From the NCBI GenBank assembly GCA_016748015.1, contig JAAOMT010000602.1, positions 199,696 through 263,695 of the forward strand: a stretch of DNA of 64,000 nt, read 5' to 3'. Source of the DNA: Geosiphon pyriformis uo1. Lineage: Eukaryota; Fungi; Glomeromycota. Under the pieces are notes generated by a model, which had not been told where the DNA came from, searched no databases, and saw only the letters and a list, made by a program, of their open reading frames with translations. Below, one piece after another: positions 24,777-38,589 of the stretch (the stretch's first letter is position 1; each line of letters starts with the position of its first letter). The position numbers and the translations under genes are program-made.

Positions 24777-26315
24777 ATGCCAAAAAACGTGAACCAAAAG
24801 CAAGCAGCAATCTCCTTGAAAACTAAAAAGGCTCTCTGCCAGTACAAACTAGAGCATCCTGACTACTCAGCAAATAGACTTATTGAAATATTTAATTTAA
24901 AAGTTGACCACTCTACTGTAACAAAAATACTTGTGAAATCAGACCAATGGATTGAAAAAAATGTATATGACAACTCTGGTCAATTGACAAAGGACAGAAA
25001 AGAGATGTTTCTGAAAATAAATAATGCACTGAGAGAATGGATGCTTGGAGCACTAGCTACCAACTGCATTCTTACTGGAAAAATTTTACAAACAAAAGCC
25101 TTCAAGTTTGCTGAAAAGTTTTTGAAAGAAAATAACTTTAAAGCATCAGATGGTTGGTTAGAAAAGTTCAAAAAACGTCATAATTTGCATCACATTAAGA
25201 TGCATGGCAAAGCAAACAGTGCTCTCTTGGAAATTTTACTAGAGAAATGAGAGAAACTGCATGAGATTATTAGTGAATATAATCTAAATGATGTTTACAA
25301 TGCCAATGAAACAGCATTATTCTTTAGAATGCCACCAAATGCAACTTTGGCAACAAAATCTACCTCTGGCACCAAGTGTGATAAGAGTCAAATTACCATA
25401 TTTCTTGCTTGTAATGCAATAGGCAGCATCAAGTTGCAGTCTTTAATTATCAGCAAAGCCACAAAGCCACAATGTTTTTGCAATATTAATATGAATGCAC
25501 TTCCAATCACTTATCATTACAATACAAAAGCATGGATGCGAACCGATATTTTTAGTGAATGGCTTAATTTATTAAATGAAGAAATGTGTCGCAAGAAACA
25601 AAAGATTTTGTTATTGCTTGATAATACTAGTCTCTATGGTAGAAAATCTTCTGTATTATCTAATATTATGATTAGATACTTACCATCCAATACAACATCC
25701 TATTTGCAACCATTACATGCAGGAATTATTGCATTCTTTAAGACACAATACCAAAAGTTGTTTCTTTTCCATTTTATTAATCAGTATAATGGCAAGATTC
25801 TAATATCAACAGTAATATTAAAGGATGCAGTTGACTTTCTAATTAATGTGTGATTAGTGGTAACAACAACTATAATCCAAAACTGTTGGCATCATATGGG
25901 AATTCTGAATAATAGTTAAATGCCAGCCCATATATTAGATATTGAACAAAAACTTCTACAAGAAGTACAAGTTCTTATTGAACATGTTGATATTAATAAG
26001 CTATTGACAATAAACTTTATTAATATTGACAAGTTTGAACCATTATTTATTTATGCCTCAAAAGATGAAATTGTGGATCTTATTAACAACAAGTATAGTG
26101 GAAATTCTAATGCAAATAAAAATTTAAAAAGTGAAAATGAAGATGAACTTTTGCCTTTGCTATCTACACATCAAGATAAAATTGCATTTGAAGATACATT
26201 GCACTATTGTGAAGAGCAGTATAGTAAAAAAATTGATTCAGACTTTTTTAAAACTTTAAAAACATTAATTAGTAATACTGTTCTCAAAGTTCAAGAAGAG
26301 AAAAAACAGTTGTAA
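24777..26315 (+). pseudogene. pogo/Tigger transposase (CENP-B HTH, HTH_Tnp_Tc5, DDE_1) with in-frame stops
   Basis: FKASDGWLEKFKKRH, YNANETALFFRMPP (catalytic D>N), KAWMRTDIFSEWL, LLLLDN, LPSNTTSYLQPLHAGII. Stops at 25248-25250 and 25851-25853. Confidence 0.9.
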
Positions 26316-26479
26316 ATAGATAGCTTTTTTAAATAAAATATATATAATTGGTTATTATATTATACACGTAATATATAGATCATGTGATAAGATATTGATC
26401 ATTTTTTATAGTCTTATCTCTTTATAGTCACCACAAATGTGCTAATCAAAAGGTGTTATTATAAAGAAAGTTTACTGTA

Positions 26480-29400
26480 TTAAATTAAATATTTTAAATT
26501 TAAGCACAAATTATGTATTTTCTATATATAACCAGTTATTCAAGCTAATTAAAACAATATTATGTTTTTATTTTAACTAAAATACTACAATTTATATTAA
26601 AAATATATATAAAGCTTATATTAACTTTAAGCAATATCAATTATTTTAACAATATCAAACATTTTATTACATTATTTAAAAGCAAAAAATACAAATTAAT
26701 AACTATTAAAAATATAAATTCATTACAAAATACTAAATTATTCTTTTTTATAATTGTTTTATATTTAAATTTAACCAATTATATCTTATTATAGTAAATA
26801 ATACTTAAATTATAAACAAAAATAACAAGTTTATTGTTAATAACTTTGATATTATTCAAAAGCAAATAGAACTTTACTATATTAATTTTTAAAGATAATA
26901 TTTTTATATAAAACAATATATACTGTATTATTAAACATAAAGAAAAGCAGTAATTACAATATATATAATAACAAAATATATGTTCTTAATAATAAATTTT
27001 ATTAAATAACAAATAAATTCAACAAATTTTATAAGTATTAATATTTATTACATACATAAAAACATAATTCGAAAACTTAATTTTATTACAATAAAAATAC
27101 CAAACACTAAGATATTATTTATTATACAAATATTTTTAAATTACAATAAACAGATAATAATATAAAGCTTTTATAAAATAAGAATACAAACTAGTTATAG
27201 ATTTATTTATAAATTTAAAAGCCATATACAAATTAGAATACTATATCAAAAATATCTAAATCCAATTAATATTTATATTTATATTTTTATTAATAACATT
27301 ATAACTAAATTCAACTTTTCAATAAACACAGCAAATAGTTTTAAAAATATTACAAATACTAAGCATTTTTAAAACTATTACTTTATTAGTCTTAATATAT
27401 ATTTTTTAAACATTAATTAAAAATAACTAAACTAAATAAAAAGTAAAATCAATAAGTATATCTGTTTTTATATTATTTAAAACATATAATTAATTTTTGA
27501 CTTTAAATTATATAATATTAAAATTTCTATTTTTGATAATGTTTAATAAGTAATGTTTTTCAAGTTAACAATAATTGTAAAAATTTGACAAAACAAAATT
27601 TAATTCAAATGAGTAAACATTTAAAACAGTTTGATTATTTTAGTTTATTACATTAATATTAAACATAAAAGCATATTTTAAAACCAATATAATTGTTTAT
27701 AATTTGAAAAAATACAGTTGTATTACAAATTATTTTTGGTGCATTTAAATTTTTTAAAGAATTATTTATATAAATATTAATAATATCTAAATTTACTTTT
27801 TGTAAACTTTTTTTTATTATAATAAAATCATAAAAAAATTTAATGTTAAAAAGCTAAAAAATACAAAACATTATTAAAATTATGTTATAAAAAACCTTAT
27901 TACTTAAAAAAATTTAAATATTTTTTTAAACTATATAGAAACAGAATCTCTAAAATCCAATTTTTTTCAATAATAAAAACTTTTTTAATTAAAAATTACA
28001 TCTTTTTTAATTAATAATTGTTCAATAAAAGCTATTTTAAATCTTTTTAATAAATAAATTACATTACAAAAAACTATATTTTTTAAAGCAATAAACAATA
28101 GAATATTACTAATAAAATAAAATACAATGAGTAAATTGTTCTCAAAAGAAATAATATAATTCAAAAATATTGTTATAATTTTTGCCAAAAAATTGTTTAC
28201 AGAACTGATTCTTAATTTTACAAAAAATCACAAAGATAATTAAATAACTAATTTAATATTTACAAATATAAAGATCTATAATTAAAAACATTTTTTGTAT
28301 TTGAAAAGTTTACTATTAAACCTATTTTTACTTTTATTTGTATTTGTTTAAAAGATTTTAAATTATACAAAGAAAAATAATAAACTGTTTCATTTGAAAA
28401 GTTTTTTGGCAAATCAGTTTTTGTTTTGAAATTTTTTTTAATTAAAGCATTTTACTTATCATATATATTTTTTAAAACAAAATTAAACTAAGTTTTATAA
28501 TTAACAATCAGTTATTATATAGTTAACACCAAATAATAAATTTTTTTTTGTTATAAATATTAATAACTTATTAACAAACAAAAAAACATTTTCTATTTTT
28601 GATTTAATAAAAATAGCTATAGTTTTTTTAATATTTATTAAAATATTATTGATTATAAAAAATTTACTTATAATATTCAAAATATATTAACTAAAAACTT
28701 AATTATTTCTTACTTAAATTATATTATTAACAAAAGTTCTAATAGCTAAATAAGAAATTAATCCAGTCTAATTTTTTATTCTGTTAGTTTTAACAATAAA
28801 TTTAATATTAATTTAATAATTACACAAGACTTTTTTTTAATTTAGATTATTATTTATTCTGTATTTATCTGTTAGCTTATAATTTATTATAATTTTATTG
28901 ATTTTATTATTATAGATACTACTAAAAAACTTTATAAACTTTTTACACATTTTTATTTTGATTAAACTGTTTTTTAATAGTGTTAATTAACAAAATTATA
29001 GGTTTGTTGTATATTTTGCAAAACCAAAACTCATAATTCTTTTTTAATATATTTTTTACTATTAAATTTACTGTAAAAATTAAAATTGAATTAAAATTTT
29101 TTTTAAAACAAAAATATTATTATTAAAAAAAACATTAAACTTATTATAAACCAAAAATTTTTATTAAAAAAATCTTAAAAAGAATTTTTTAAGCAGTTTT
29201 AATTAAGACAATTAGTTTAATATTAGTTAAAATCTTATTTTATTTATAAAGCTTAAATATTATAAACATTTAAATTTCTTTTAAAGTTAAAAAACTGATT
29301 TATATAATAAAAAATTTAACAAAACCAAAAGTATTTTTAAAATAGACTTATTATAATACTTCTAAAATTTATTAGTAATATTAAATAAATCAATAGTTTT

Positions 29401-32400
29401 TTATTTGGCAAATTTTAATTATGTTGAATATTTCATCATATTTATTGTATATGTTATTATTAAAAACAAATACTAATAACTTTATAAATTAAAAATACTG
29501 TTTAAAACTTTTTTTTGTCTAATTTTTTATAATTTTATTTATTTTTAACTTAATTTTACCAAAATTCAGAATTAATTTATCTTTTATAATCAAATAATAC
29601 AAAATTATTTTGTAAAATAGATATTTTAATATATTTTTAATAGTATGATTCTTATTTATAACAAAATTTTTTATTTGCTTAATAATAATAATAATACTTT
29701 TTAACATTTTTATTTTATAAAATTTAATAAACTTGAATATATAATACTTATTAAAAACAAAAAATTTATTAAAGTATATTATAATAGTAATTAACAAAGC
29801 ATTTTTACAATAGTTCTACTTTGAATTATTAGTATTTTTAATGTTAAACTTTTAATAATTTTTATTAATCTACATTTTAAGCAAGTTTAATTATATATTT
29901 AATAAATTATTCAAATTTATCACAACAAAAACAGTTTAATAATTAATATTAAAGAAATTACTAACTTTTAAAACTGTATAATTAATTATAGTATTAATAA
30001 AATTTACGGAAACAAATATATAATAAATTGTTTTTTACTTTTTTTATATAGTAATTTTAGTTATTAAGTTTTTTATTAAAGAATTAATAATATTTGAATT
30101 TAAATATTTTTTAAAATTAACATATCTTCAAAATTAATTTTTATTGAAATTATTTAAAACTATAAACAAAAACTTATTTATAGTTTTTATAATTAAAAAA
30201 TTGATCTTTTTAGTTTAAACCAAATATATAGTCAAAACAACACCAGTATAAAGTTCCAAAATTATAACAGAAAGTTTGTTCTTAAAAAACAATTTAATTA
30301 ATAAAAACCAGTTAGCAATCTTAAAAATTTTACATATATATTTAACCAAATTCTTGTTTATAATAACTATAATACCAAAATCTAAATGTTTAATATTTAT
30401 ACTTAAGATATGAACTCAAATATTATTAAATTTATTTTTAATTCAAGACTAAATTTTACTTTTTAACTTTATTTTTATAATAACTAAAACAGAATTGTTT
30501 ATTTTTTATATTTTTTTATAATATTTTTTTTATATTATATATTGTAATTTTTTAAACCAAATAATTTATTAAATAAAAGAAAATAAAGATAAACCAAAAC
30601 CAAAAACAAAAAAATTTAACTTAATTAAAACTAAAATAATAGAATTTTTTTATGTCAATATATTTGTTTCTAAACAGCCAATTTTAGTTACAAATATTTT
30701 TAAACTATTAATATCTAAAAAATAAATTTAATATTATAACTAAGTTAAATTAAAAGAACTAATATCAATTTATTTATAATTATGTTTAACAAAATAAAAA
30801 AAATAACAATTAAAAAAGCATTTAATTTGTGAAAAATAGCAAATACTTGATTAACTAATAGTTTTAAAGAATATTTTAATATATTCAAATAATTTTTTAT
30901 TGAAGAAACATAAAAAAAATTAACATTAAACATAAAATAATTATTTAATAATACAAAAAAGATAAAGTCATCAATAATTAAAGTCTATATTTAATTATTA
31001 AAAGCAATTGAACAAAGAATTAAAGCTGTTTTTTAACATAAATAAAAACCAATTTAATTTTAATAGTATTTAAAAAAAACTCTTTTTATACAATATTTAA
31101 TTTATAATTACAGCAAAATTATAACTAAAAAAAGTATAACCAAAATTACTGTAAACTAAACAGACTGCTAAATTTAATTAAAATTAGTAAAAAAACCATT
31201 TTTTATAATTAAAATAGTAACTAAAGCTTTTAACAAATTATTTTTAATATTAAAATAAATAATAACATATTTAATACAAACATATATAATAGAATTGTAT
31301 TTAATAATATAATTTTATAAGTCATAAATATTTATTTTTATAAATAAAATATAAAATAAAGCCTTATAAAAATTTTTAAAGTTTTATGTTAACTTGTTAT
31401 TATTAATTTTAACTATTTTTATAACATTTTTTTTGATTAAAATTAACTATTTAAAACAAAAAAATTAGCTTAATTTAATTTAATAAAATTTAATACAGTT
31501 TTTTATTACAGTTTAATTAATTATATTTAATTAACATAATATGTATAGTTTTTATTAATATACTTATAAAAATTTTTTTATAATTACAACTTAATTTAAA
31601 CAAATATTTGGTTTTTTTAGATTAGTATTTATTATAATATTATAATTATTAATTAATTCAGCCATATACAACATATTTGATTATAAAGTAAAGATTACAC
31701 AAATAATTTAATTAAATCTTAAGAAAGTAAAATTTTTTTTAAAATTATTTACACATAAAAACAATTTTCTAACAACTTTCAATTTTTTTGAAAAAACTTC
31801 TATTGACAAATAAGAAATTAATATTTAAAACAAACAATTTTTTGGCAGAAACATTAACTAAATTCTTAAAAAAAGAAGAAAAAAAAATAAAATTATTTTT
31901 AATATTAATATTAGTAAAATTAACTCTTTTAAGAAGTTTTTTTAATATATACTTCATTATTATTTTTCAGTTTTTTTTTAGAATTATATTAATATTCTTG
32001 CTATTTGAATTGTTATTACTATTGAATTAAAAGTTAGTTTTTTTATTAGATACTTTTCTTTTATGTTTACATTTTTAGTTTTTGTAATATTATCAATATT
32101 TAAACTAAATTATTAGCACCAACTTTAAGTTTTTCCGAAACTCTATTTTTGTACTTTTTTTAAATGTCAATACTGATAAAATTGAACTTAAACTGAATTT
32201 TTTTTACTTTTTTCATAATTAAATTGCTAATATTACCAGTAGTTTTAAAGTCAAAGAAAAAAATTTGAAAAAATTTGATTGAATAATAAAAATAGAAAAA
32301 ACCAAAGAAAATATCTTTTAAAATTATTGCTCTTTAAGGAATTAAAAATGAACAAAAAAAAGTTTTTAATTAAAATTAAATTTTTATATATATTAAATAC

Positions 32401-32819
32401 TAATCTGTTAAAAATAAAAAAATATTATAACAAAAATATTGGCAATTAGAATTTTTTTTGCATTAAATAAATTTAAAAAGTTTTTTATTTTTTTAAAAAT
32501 TGAAAAAATTATTAAATCTGCATTTATTTTTAAAAAAACATAAATCAAACTATAATATTAACCAGTAAAAAAAAGATTTAAGTAAATAGCAATTTTAAAA
32601 AACAAAAAATTTGTTTAAATTAAGCTGTAATAATTGAAAAAATTTATATAGATACATCTAAAAAAGCAATCATCTTAGTCTTATCTAAGTTTAAAACAGT
32701 AATATCAATTTAATTACGACTTATTAAACTATAACAAAAAGCTATAGTAGAATTGATTAAATTGGTCAGACTAATTTGTTAATATTCAAATAATTAATTT
32801 TAATTAAAAAAATTCTGTA
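26480..32819 (-). mobile_element. probable Ty3/Gypsy retrotransposon relic, extremely AT-mutated
   Basis: Minus-strand traces in Gypsy order and spacing: RT-like IIIYFNKFFVF...KYLFYK..YL (~29800-29520), then integrase-like TDLPK (~28404-28418) and FWQKL (~28176-28190). Very degraded; boundaries approximate. Confidence 0.4.
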
Positions 32820-32821
32820 TA

Positions 32822-35229
32822 CAGTCAAATCTAAAATAACCCATACTGAGATAATTCATAATCTGTGATAAACCATAGCATTTTGAATCTACCAATTTGG
32901 TAGTTAAAAAATTCTTATGTTTATGACCCATATCTGTAATACTCAATAATCCATAACTTTTTACTGTCAGTATAAATTATCTCAAGTGCTGGATTTAGTT
33001 TAAATTTTGCTAATTCTGGTAAAATTGCAGTAAAGCAAACCAATATTTCCATGACTAAAAATGCTATATGATAATGTAACATCACTTATTCAACAAAATA
33101 ATTATTAATCATTTAAGTAATCAAGTCGGAGTTTTGAATTGTTCCAAGTTCTAAATTATCATCAATTGTATGAGTAATCAAGTCAGAGTTTTGAATTGTT
33201 CCAAGTTTAAATTATTACTAATCTTGTGAGTAATCAAGTCGGAATTTCAAATTGTCTCAAGTTCTAAATTATTATCGATTGTATAAGTAATCAAGTCAGA
33301 GTTCTAAATTATTATTGATTGTGTGAGTAATTAAATCAGAGTTTCGAATTGTTCTAAGTTTTAAATTATTATTAATTGTGTGAGTAATCAAGTCGGATTT
33401 TTGGATCAGCCCTATCCTAATTGTACTTTTCTTTTGCCTTTTGATTCTACCATGTCTAATAACAAAAAGCATGCTATTTTTTCAGCTTGCATTCCACAAA
33501 GTCGTGAGAATGCTACACTTCATAATAAGCTTATGGTGCTTAATTGGTATTATACAAATGATAAAAACCAATCAAAAACTGCAAGACACTTTAAAGAAAA
33601 CAGTTTTTCATACATAAAATAGCCTCTAGTTTTGGCTTGGGTCAAAGATAAACCAAATCTTCATGCACAAGCAAATACAATGCATGACTTGACTAACAAG
33701 CATATATACACAATATGTAATCTTGACTTTGATAAAGCACTTGTTATTTTTGTTCAAGAGGCAAAATTATGTAGAATAATACTTACTGGAAATATAATTT
33801 GAGCTGCTGGCATAAAATTCTATAATTAATTAGATATTCCAGAAAATGAGTGCCAAAAACTATTTAATAGCTGGCTTGAAAGCTTTAAAGACCGTATTAA
33901 GTTACATTTACTTTACTTTTATGGTAATGCATCATCAGTCAATGTTGAGCATATTAAAAATAAATGAGTACATATAATGACACTTTTTACTGATTGGAAG
34001 TTATGTGATATTTTTAACATGAATGAAACTGCACTATTTTATGTCATATTACCAAATTAAAATCTTACTACAATACTACATCATGGCACCAAACAATTAA
34101 AAGTATGATTGATACTTGCTTTTACGACCAATGTTAATAAAACTGAGCCTTTGCCACCACTTATTATTGATTATGCTAAACATTTATGCTGTTTTCAAAA
34201 AAAACAGGAGAGCAACTTGGTTTCTAATATTATTCAAACACTTATACTTGGATGACTGGTAATATTTTTCGACAGTAATTTGTTAATTGAGACTATTAAC
34301 TGTGTAAAAAAAAACTAAATCATATTGTTGTTAGTAAACAATTTTGGTCACAACTATAATATGAGATCTATTACAAATATTCATGTAGAATGGTTTGCAT
34401 CTAACTTGACAGCACATATTTAACTTATAAATACTGAAATTATTTATTGCTTTAAGACACATTACTGTTGCTACTTTTTTTGCCATGCATTGGATCTTTT
34501 TAATAATAGTGCTGATAATATTTATGCAATTAACCAACTTCAAGCAATGTGTCTAATTTATAGAACATAAGAGAATGTTTTAAATGAAACAATCACTTAT
34601 TGCTGGTACAAAGTTGGCATTCTTCTAATAAATACAAATGACAACTTTTAGAATGAAACTACAAACTTAGAAATAATAGCTAATTATAATTAAGAGATAG
34701 TATTAGGATTGCTACAAAGAGTTTAATTGTATATAGCCAAATCGTACATATTTATCAATTAAAGAGTTGGTAAATCTATCTGAGAAAAATGATACAATTA
34801 TTTTAAAATATCTGGATGATGATAAGACAAATTATATTATAACAAATTATGAAACAAAACATGATAGCTCTAATGAAAAACAAGAGGTACAAAAAGTAAT
34901 GACTATTAAGGATACATTAACTGCTATAACAAATCTTAAACAGTTTATGGAGCTTGAAAATAGCAAGAAATTTTATGATACAGTTAATAAGCTTGCTCAT
35001 GTTAAATGTATAATTTATAAAAGAATGCAAAATGAACAAAAGCAAACAACTCTTATTAATTTCTTTAATATTGCATAAGCTAATTAAAGATTTTTATAAG
35101 AATATGCAAATAAATTTATTTTTTAATATATGGATACTATATATACTTAAATCTAAGAAAACTCATAATTTGTAATAACTTATAGCAATTTGTATTCACC
35201 AAGAATATGGATTATCTCAAGTTTGACTG
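32822..35229 (+). mobile_element. second pogo/Tigger DNA transposon (~2.4 kb), inactive
   Basis: TA|cagtcaaatctaaaataacccata ... tatggattatctcaagtttgactg|TA (TIRs plus TA TSD). Internal stop-riddled transposase at ~33452-35078 with FNSWLESFK, IFNMNETALFY, WMTGNIF and C-terminal QKQTTLINFF. Confidence 0.85.
33116..33397 (+). repeat. tandem array of ~57-bp units (about 5 plus a partial copy) in the 5' subterminal region of the second pogo
   Basis: Unit consensus agtaatcaagtc(g/a)gagtttygaattgttccaagttctaaattattatcgattgtgtg. One unit is shortened to ~40 bp. Confidence 0.9.
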
Positions 35230-37033
35230 TATTTAGTTAAAAATAATATGAATTAAACAATTTGGTTATTAAAAAATTATTTTAGAGCACTATTATTTAC
35301 TTTGTTTATAAATATAATTGTACATAATTTTAGTACTTTTTTAAAAAAAACTGATAAAAAAACTTTATTATTAATTTTATATTTACTATTAATATTAAAG
35401 TCTATTGTATAAAGTTTGGTTACTTTGCTTTAAAATATAACTTTTTTATCTTTTTTAATAGTTTTTTTAAAAAGTTTTTTAAATAAGTGTTTTTAAAAAA
35501 GACTGTTTCTATTTAGACAACATCTATATTAAGAAAAAAATTTTATTTTGTATCTTATTATTTTTAATAACAAATTTTGAAATAGTTTTTTTAATAAAAA
35601 TTTTAACAGTAGTAATAAATAATTTCTGCTTTCTTTTAAAATATTCTTTATTAATACCATTTTTTTAGTGTTTTTATATTTAAACAAGTTAAAATGCAAG
35701 TTCAAAATTTTTTTATTATTATTTTTTTTTATTAAAACTGTATTTTTTTTGATACTAATATTTAATACTAATATAATTTTGAACAATTTTTTTAAAAAAA
35801 CTGTTAATATATTACTAGCAAATTCTAAGATTTCTATTGTTGTTATTATTATTCAATTACTTATTTTATTAAAAAAAATTTGGCCAATTTTATTTATTAT
35901 TTTAAAAATTGCTTCGAAAATATTTTAATTAATAATACATAATTAAATATGTTTTTTTTTAATATTTATTATAAATTATTATTTTTTTGTTTTTATATTT
36001 TACTGTTATTATTTTTGTATTTTGCAAATAATAATAGTATTAAAAACAATTAGTTTATGTGAATTGAAAATTAATTTGTTAAAAAAATTATAAATTTTAT
36101 AAAATAAAAAACATGTTCTAATAAATAATTAAAACTTTTAAAATTGTATTAATCAAGACAATAATTGAAAAAAAGATAATAAAAAAAGATAATAATAATA
36201 ATAAAGACAATAACAATAATAAAGATAATAAACACGAAAAAAAGAATAAAAAGTCAGTTATTTTATTTAATCAAAACAGTATTAATGGCAAAGGAGAGGA
36301 AGAAAGAAAATCAAGAATAATAAAGCAAACAAAAAAAGCAAATGCTTTTGTTACTTACCTTTTTAGTGACAAATAATAAGTAATACTAGACAACTAATCA
36401 GTATTTTTATTAAAAGAAATTTTTAAGCCAAAATTTTATGCAGCAACAGGAAAAGATTCCTTCACAATAATTTGAGTCTTTTTATTCAATGAGGATCAAA
36501 AAATAAGAATTTCTCGGATTTTAATAAGAAATCCAATTCTGTGATATTGGTTTCAATAGCAATTTCAATCAATCAGGTTTCCAGATTAAGTTCACTTTTG
36601 CTAAATTTGCTCATCCTAGAAACAAATATTAATATCGAGGATTCTCTCTTTCCTGTGCGAGGAATTTCCAATATAAGCAAAATTTTCTTCCTCAACTGCC
36701 CAAAATTGTTTCGATCCAACTCGCTCAGAATGGATATCTTTAAAACCACTGCCTTACTACTCTAAAACTTATAGGCACAACGAGGAAAGAGAAGATACAT
36801 TTTATACTTTGAATTGCCATAATTTAAGAGTTTACGTATGCCTTCCCATTTAACGTAAATTTCTGACTTGACTATGTGGTTTTACCAAGAAATAGGGGAT
36901 CGATTCGTTGACCAAGAAGCATTTTCTTTTTATTCTGCTTTGAGACACAAACCCAGAATCTATCCCTCGCCTTTTAAATATCTTCTTTTCTGGGCTGGAA
37001 TAAAATGGAGCAAACAATGATTATAAAGGCATC

Positions 37034-38589
37034 TTAAATATCCAAAAATAAAAGCCCTTTCTTCTTCAAAGTTGGTAAAACCGTATTTTCTAGGTTACAG
37101 TTCATCATCACGCTAAAATACGGCCCAAGATGGGAACGCTCCGGTTGTTGGGGTTCATCCCTCAATGTTGAATAATGACAAAACTGGTAGATAGAAGAAA
37201 AAAATGAGTGCATGTAAAATCGAAAATTTTAATCGTTCTATGTTTGAAATCAAACATGCCCAAAAAGGATTAAATTATTACTTGATTTTCCTCTATATAA
37301 AAGAACTCGTTCTCTATATCATTTCGTCCCGATGAAAGGCATTTGTAGACATTAAAAGCTGGTTTTCGCAATTTTTTTTCAGTACAATCGCAATTTTCCA
37401 GTTTATAAATCCAATATTCAGTGTTTGGATGTCGATATGGTAGTTTGGTAGCCGACGGTAAATGAGGTGCAAAATCGTCAAAATTCGTGATTCGATAGAG
37501 AAACGGAATTTTATGTGCAATGTATAGAGCAAAATCTTGATTTCCGGGCCTAGATGCCCCAAAAGTTATAATTTTTATTGTAGTAGATGGATGTTGATTC
37601 TTTACTCGAAGTGCGAAAAACATTGCGTAAACTGGGAAATTTTGAAGGCCCATATAATATTAGCTATTATTGAATCTTAAAAATTGGTTTAAAACAAAAT
37701 TTTCTCTGAAATCTATTTCCTTACCCCCGCCTAAACCATGCCCAGTAAATTCTATTGAGGAGATTTTATCATCTTGTAGATTGTTAATCTTTTTGAAATC
37801 TCGAAACCAATGAATCAAAGTTTCTTCTACCTGCCGAAACTTTTCGAACCACTTGAAATTTACTAATCCAGACTTTGAAGTTTCACCATACGAAGTAAAT
37901 GTAGAATGATAGTCCCAAAAAGAGTGAGCAATTTTTTTTATTTCTTCGCCTCTCATGCTTATAATTATACGATTCTGAGTTATTCTTGCTCCCACTGCAG
38001 AAGGTAAGATAATTATTAAAGAATAATAACAATATTAAGGATATTCTTAGGATTTACCTATAAGTAGCTTTTCCATATTCTCTACTTGAAGGCAATAAAC
38101 TTTTTGAGCAAATTGAGCCATCTCCTTGAAGTATGCCAAAAGTGACTTGTCTTCTATTGCTATTTTACCCTCCATTTTCAGAAAAAATTTTTTGATGACA
38201 TTCCTCTTTCCTATTTTCACCATTTTATCATTTAATTTTTCTGTATTTCCATCAATTGAAATTCTTTTAACAACTCCTCTATTCGTGAAGTGATTTTTCA
38301 CAAAGAGACTGTCGTTTTGAAAACATGAAGCTGAAGTTCGTGATCCGTTTTGCCTGTTTTTGTTTGGCCGTAAAAATTTTGATTGCTTGCAATAAAAATT
38401 TGCCGAGTTGACAGTAGTGTTTTTGAAAGTTGGTTTTGGGAAACTTTCTACTGAGCTGCTATTGGCATTGCCAGTGAATTGATCTTGAGTTATTATTTCT
38501 TTAATGTTGAACTTTCCTTGACCGCAAATAAGAAAAATAACAAGAGCGATGAGGAAATATTTTAGAAGATGAATTGTGACAGAAAGCAT
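37034..38589 (-). CDS. secreted/anchored class 3 lipase-like protein with catalytic Ser replaced by Gly (GHGLGG); 4 exons
   Basis: Hydrophobic N-terminus LLKYFLIALVIFLICG. Motifs FAQKVYC, IIISMRG, FTGHGLGG/VYAMFFAL, ITFGASRPGN, RITNFDDFAPHLP, YRHPNTEYWI. Last exon FCHYS...SHLGPYFSVMMNC...DI*. Confidence 0.85.

Larger units (their letters stand above)
22228..26477 (+). mobile_element. pogo/Tigger (Tc1-mariner superfamily) DNA transposon, ~4.25 kb, inactive, carrying extra internal sequence
   Basis: TA|cagtgaactctctctatagt ... attataaagaaagtttactg|TA: imperfect TIRs with a TA target duplication. Repeated subterminal (ctct)ctatagtca-like motifs at both ends. Encloses a transposase pseudogene. 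Confidence 0.85.
20860..36400. other. hyper-AT-rich block of decayed transposons (TE graveyard)
   Basis: No host genes. Hand count of 26581-27000 gives 51 G+C in 420 nt (~12%) and no CpG. Contains two pogo elements and retroelement traces. Confidence 0.8.

Noticed and set aside
27985-32030. short Ile/Lys/Asn/Phe-rich ORFs as real genes or organellar insertions
   Set aside because: Their composition is a by-product of ~12-15% GC decayed TE DNA, and no mitochondrial gene motifs are seen.
33116-33397. CRISPR-like array
   Set aside because: The sequence between repeat starts is itself repeated (no unique spacers), there are no cas genes, and it lies inside a eukaryotic transposon.
20860-36400. 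canonical Neurospora-type RIP
   Set aside because: CpA/TpG is abundant among surviving C/G in the hand-counted sample, contrary to the CpA>TpA signature.
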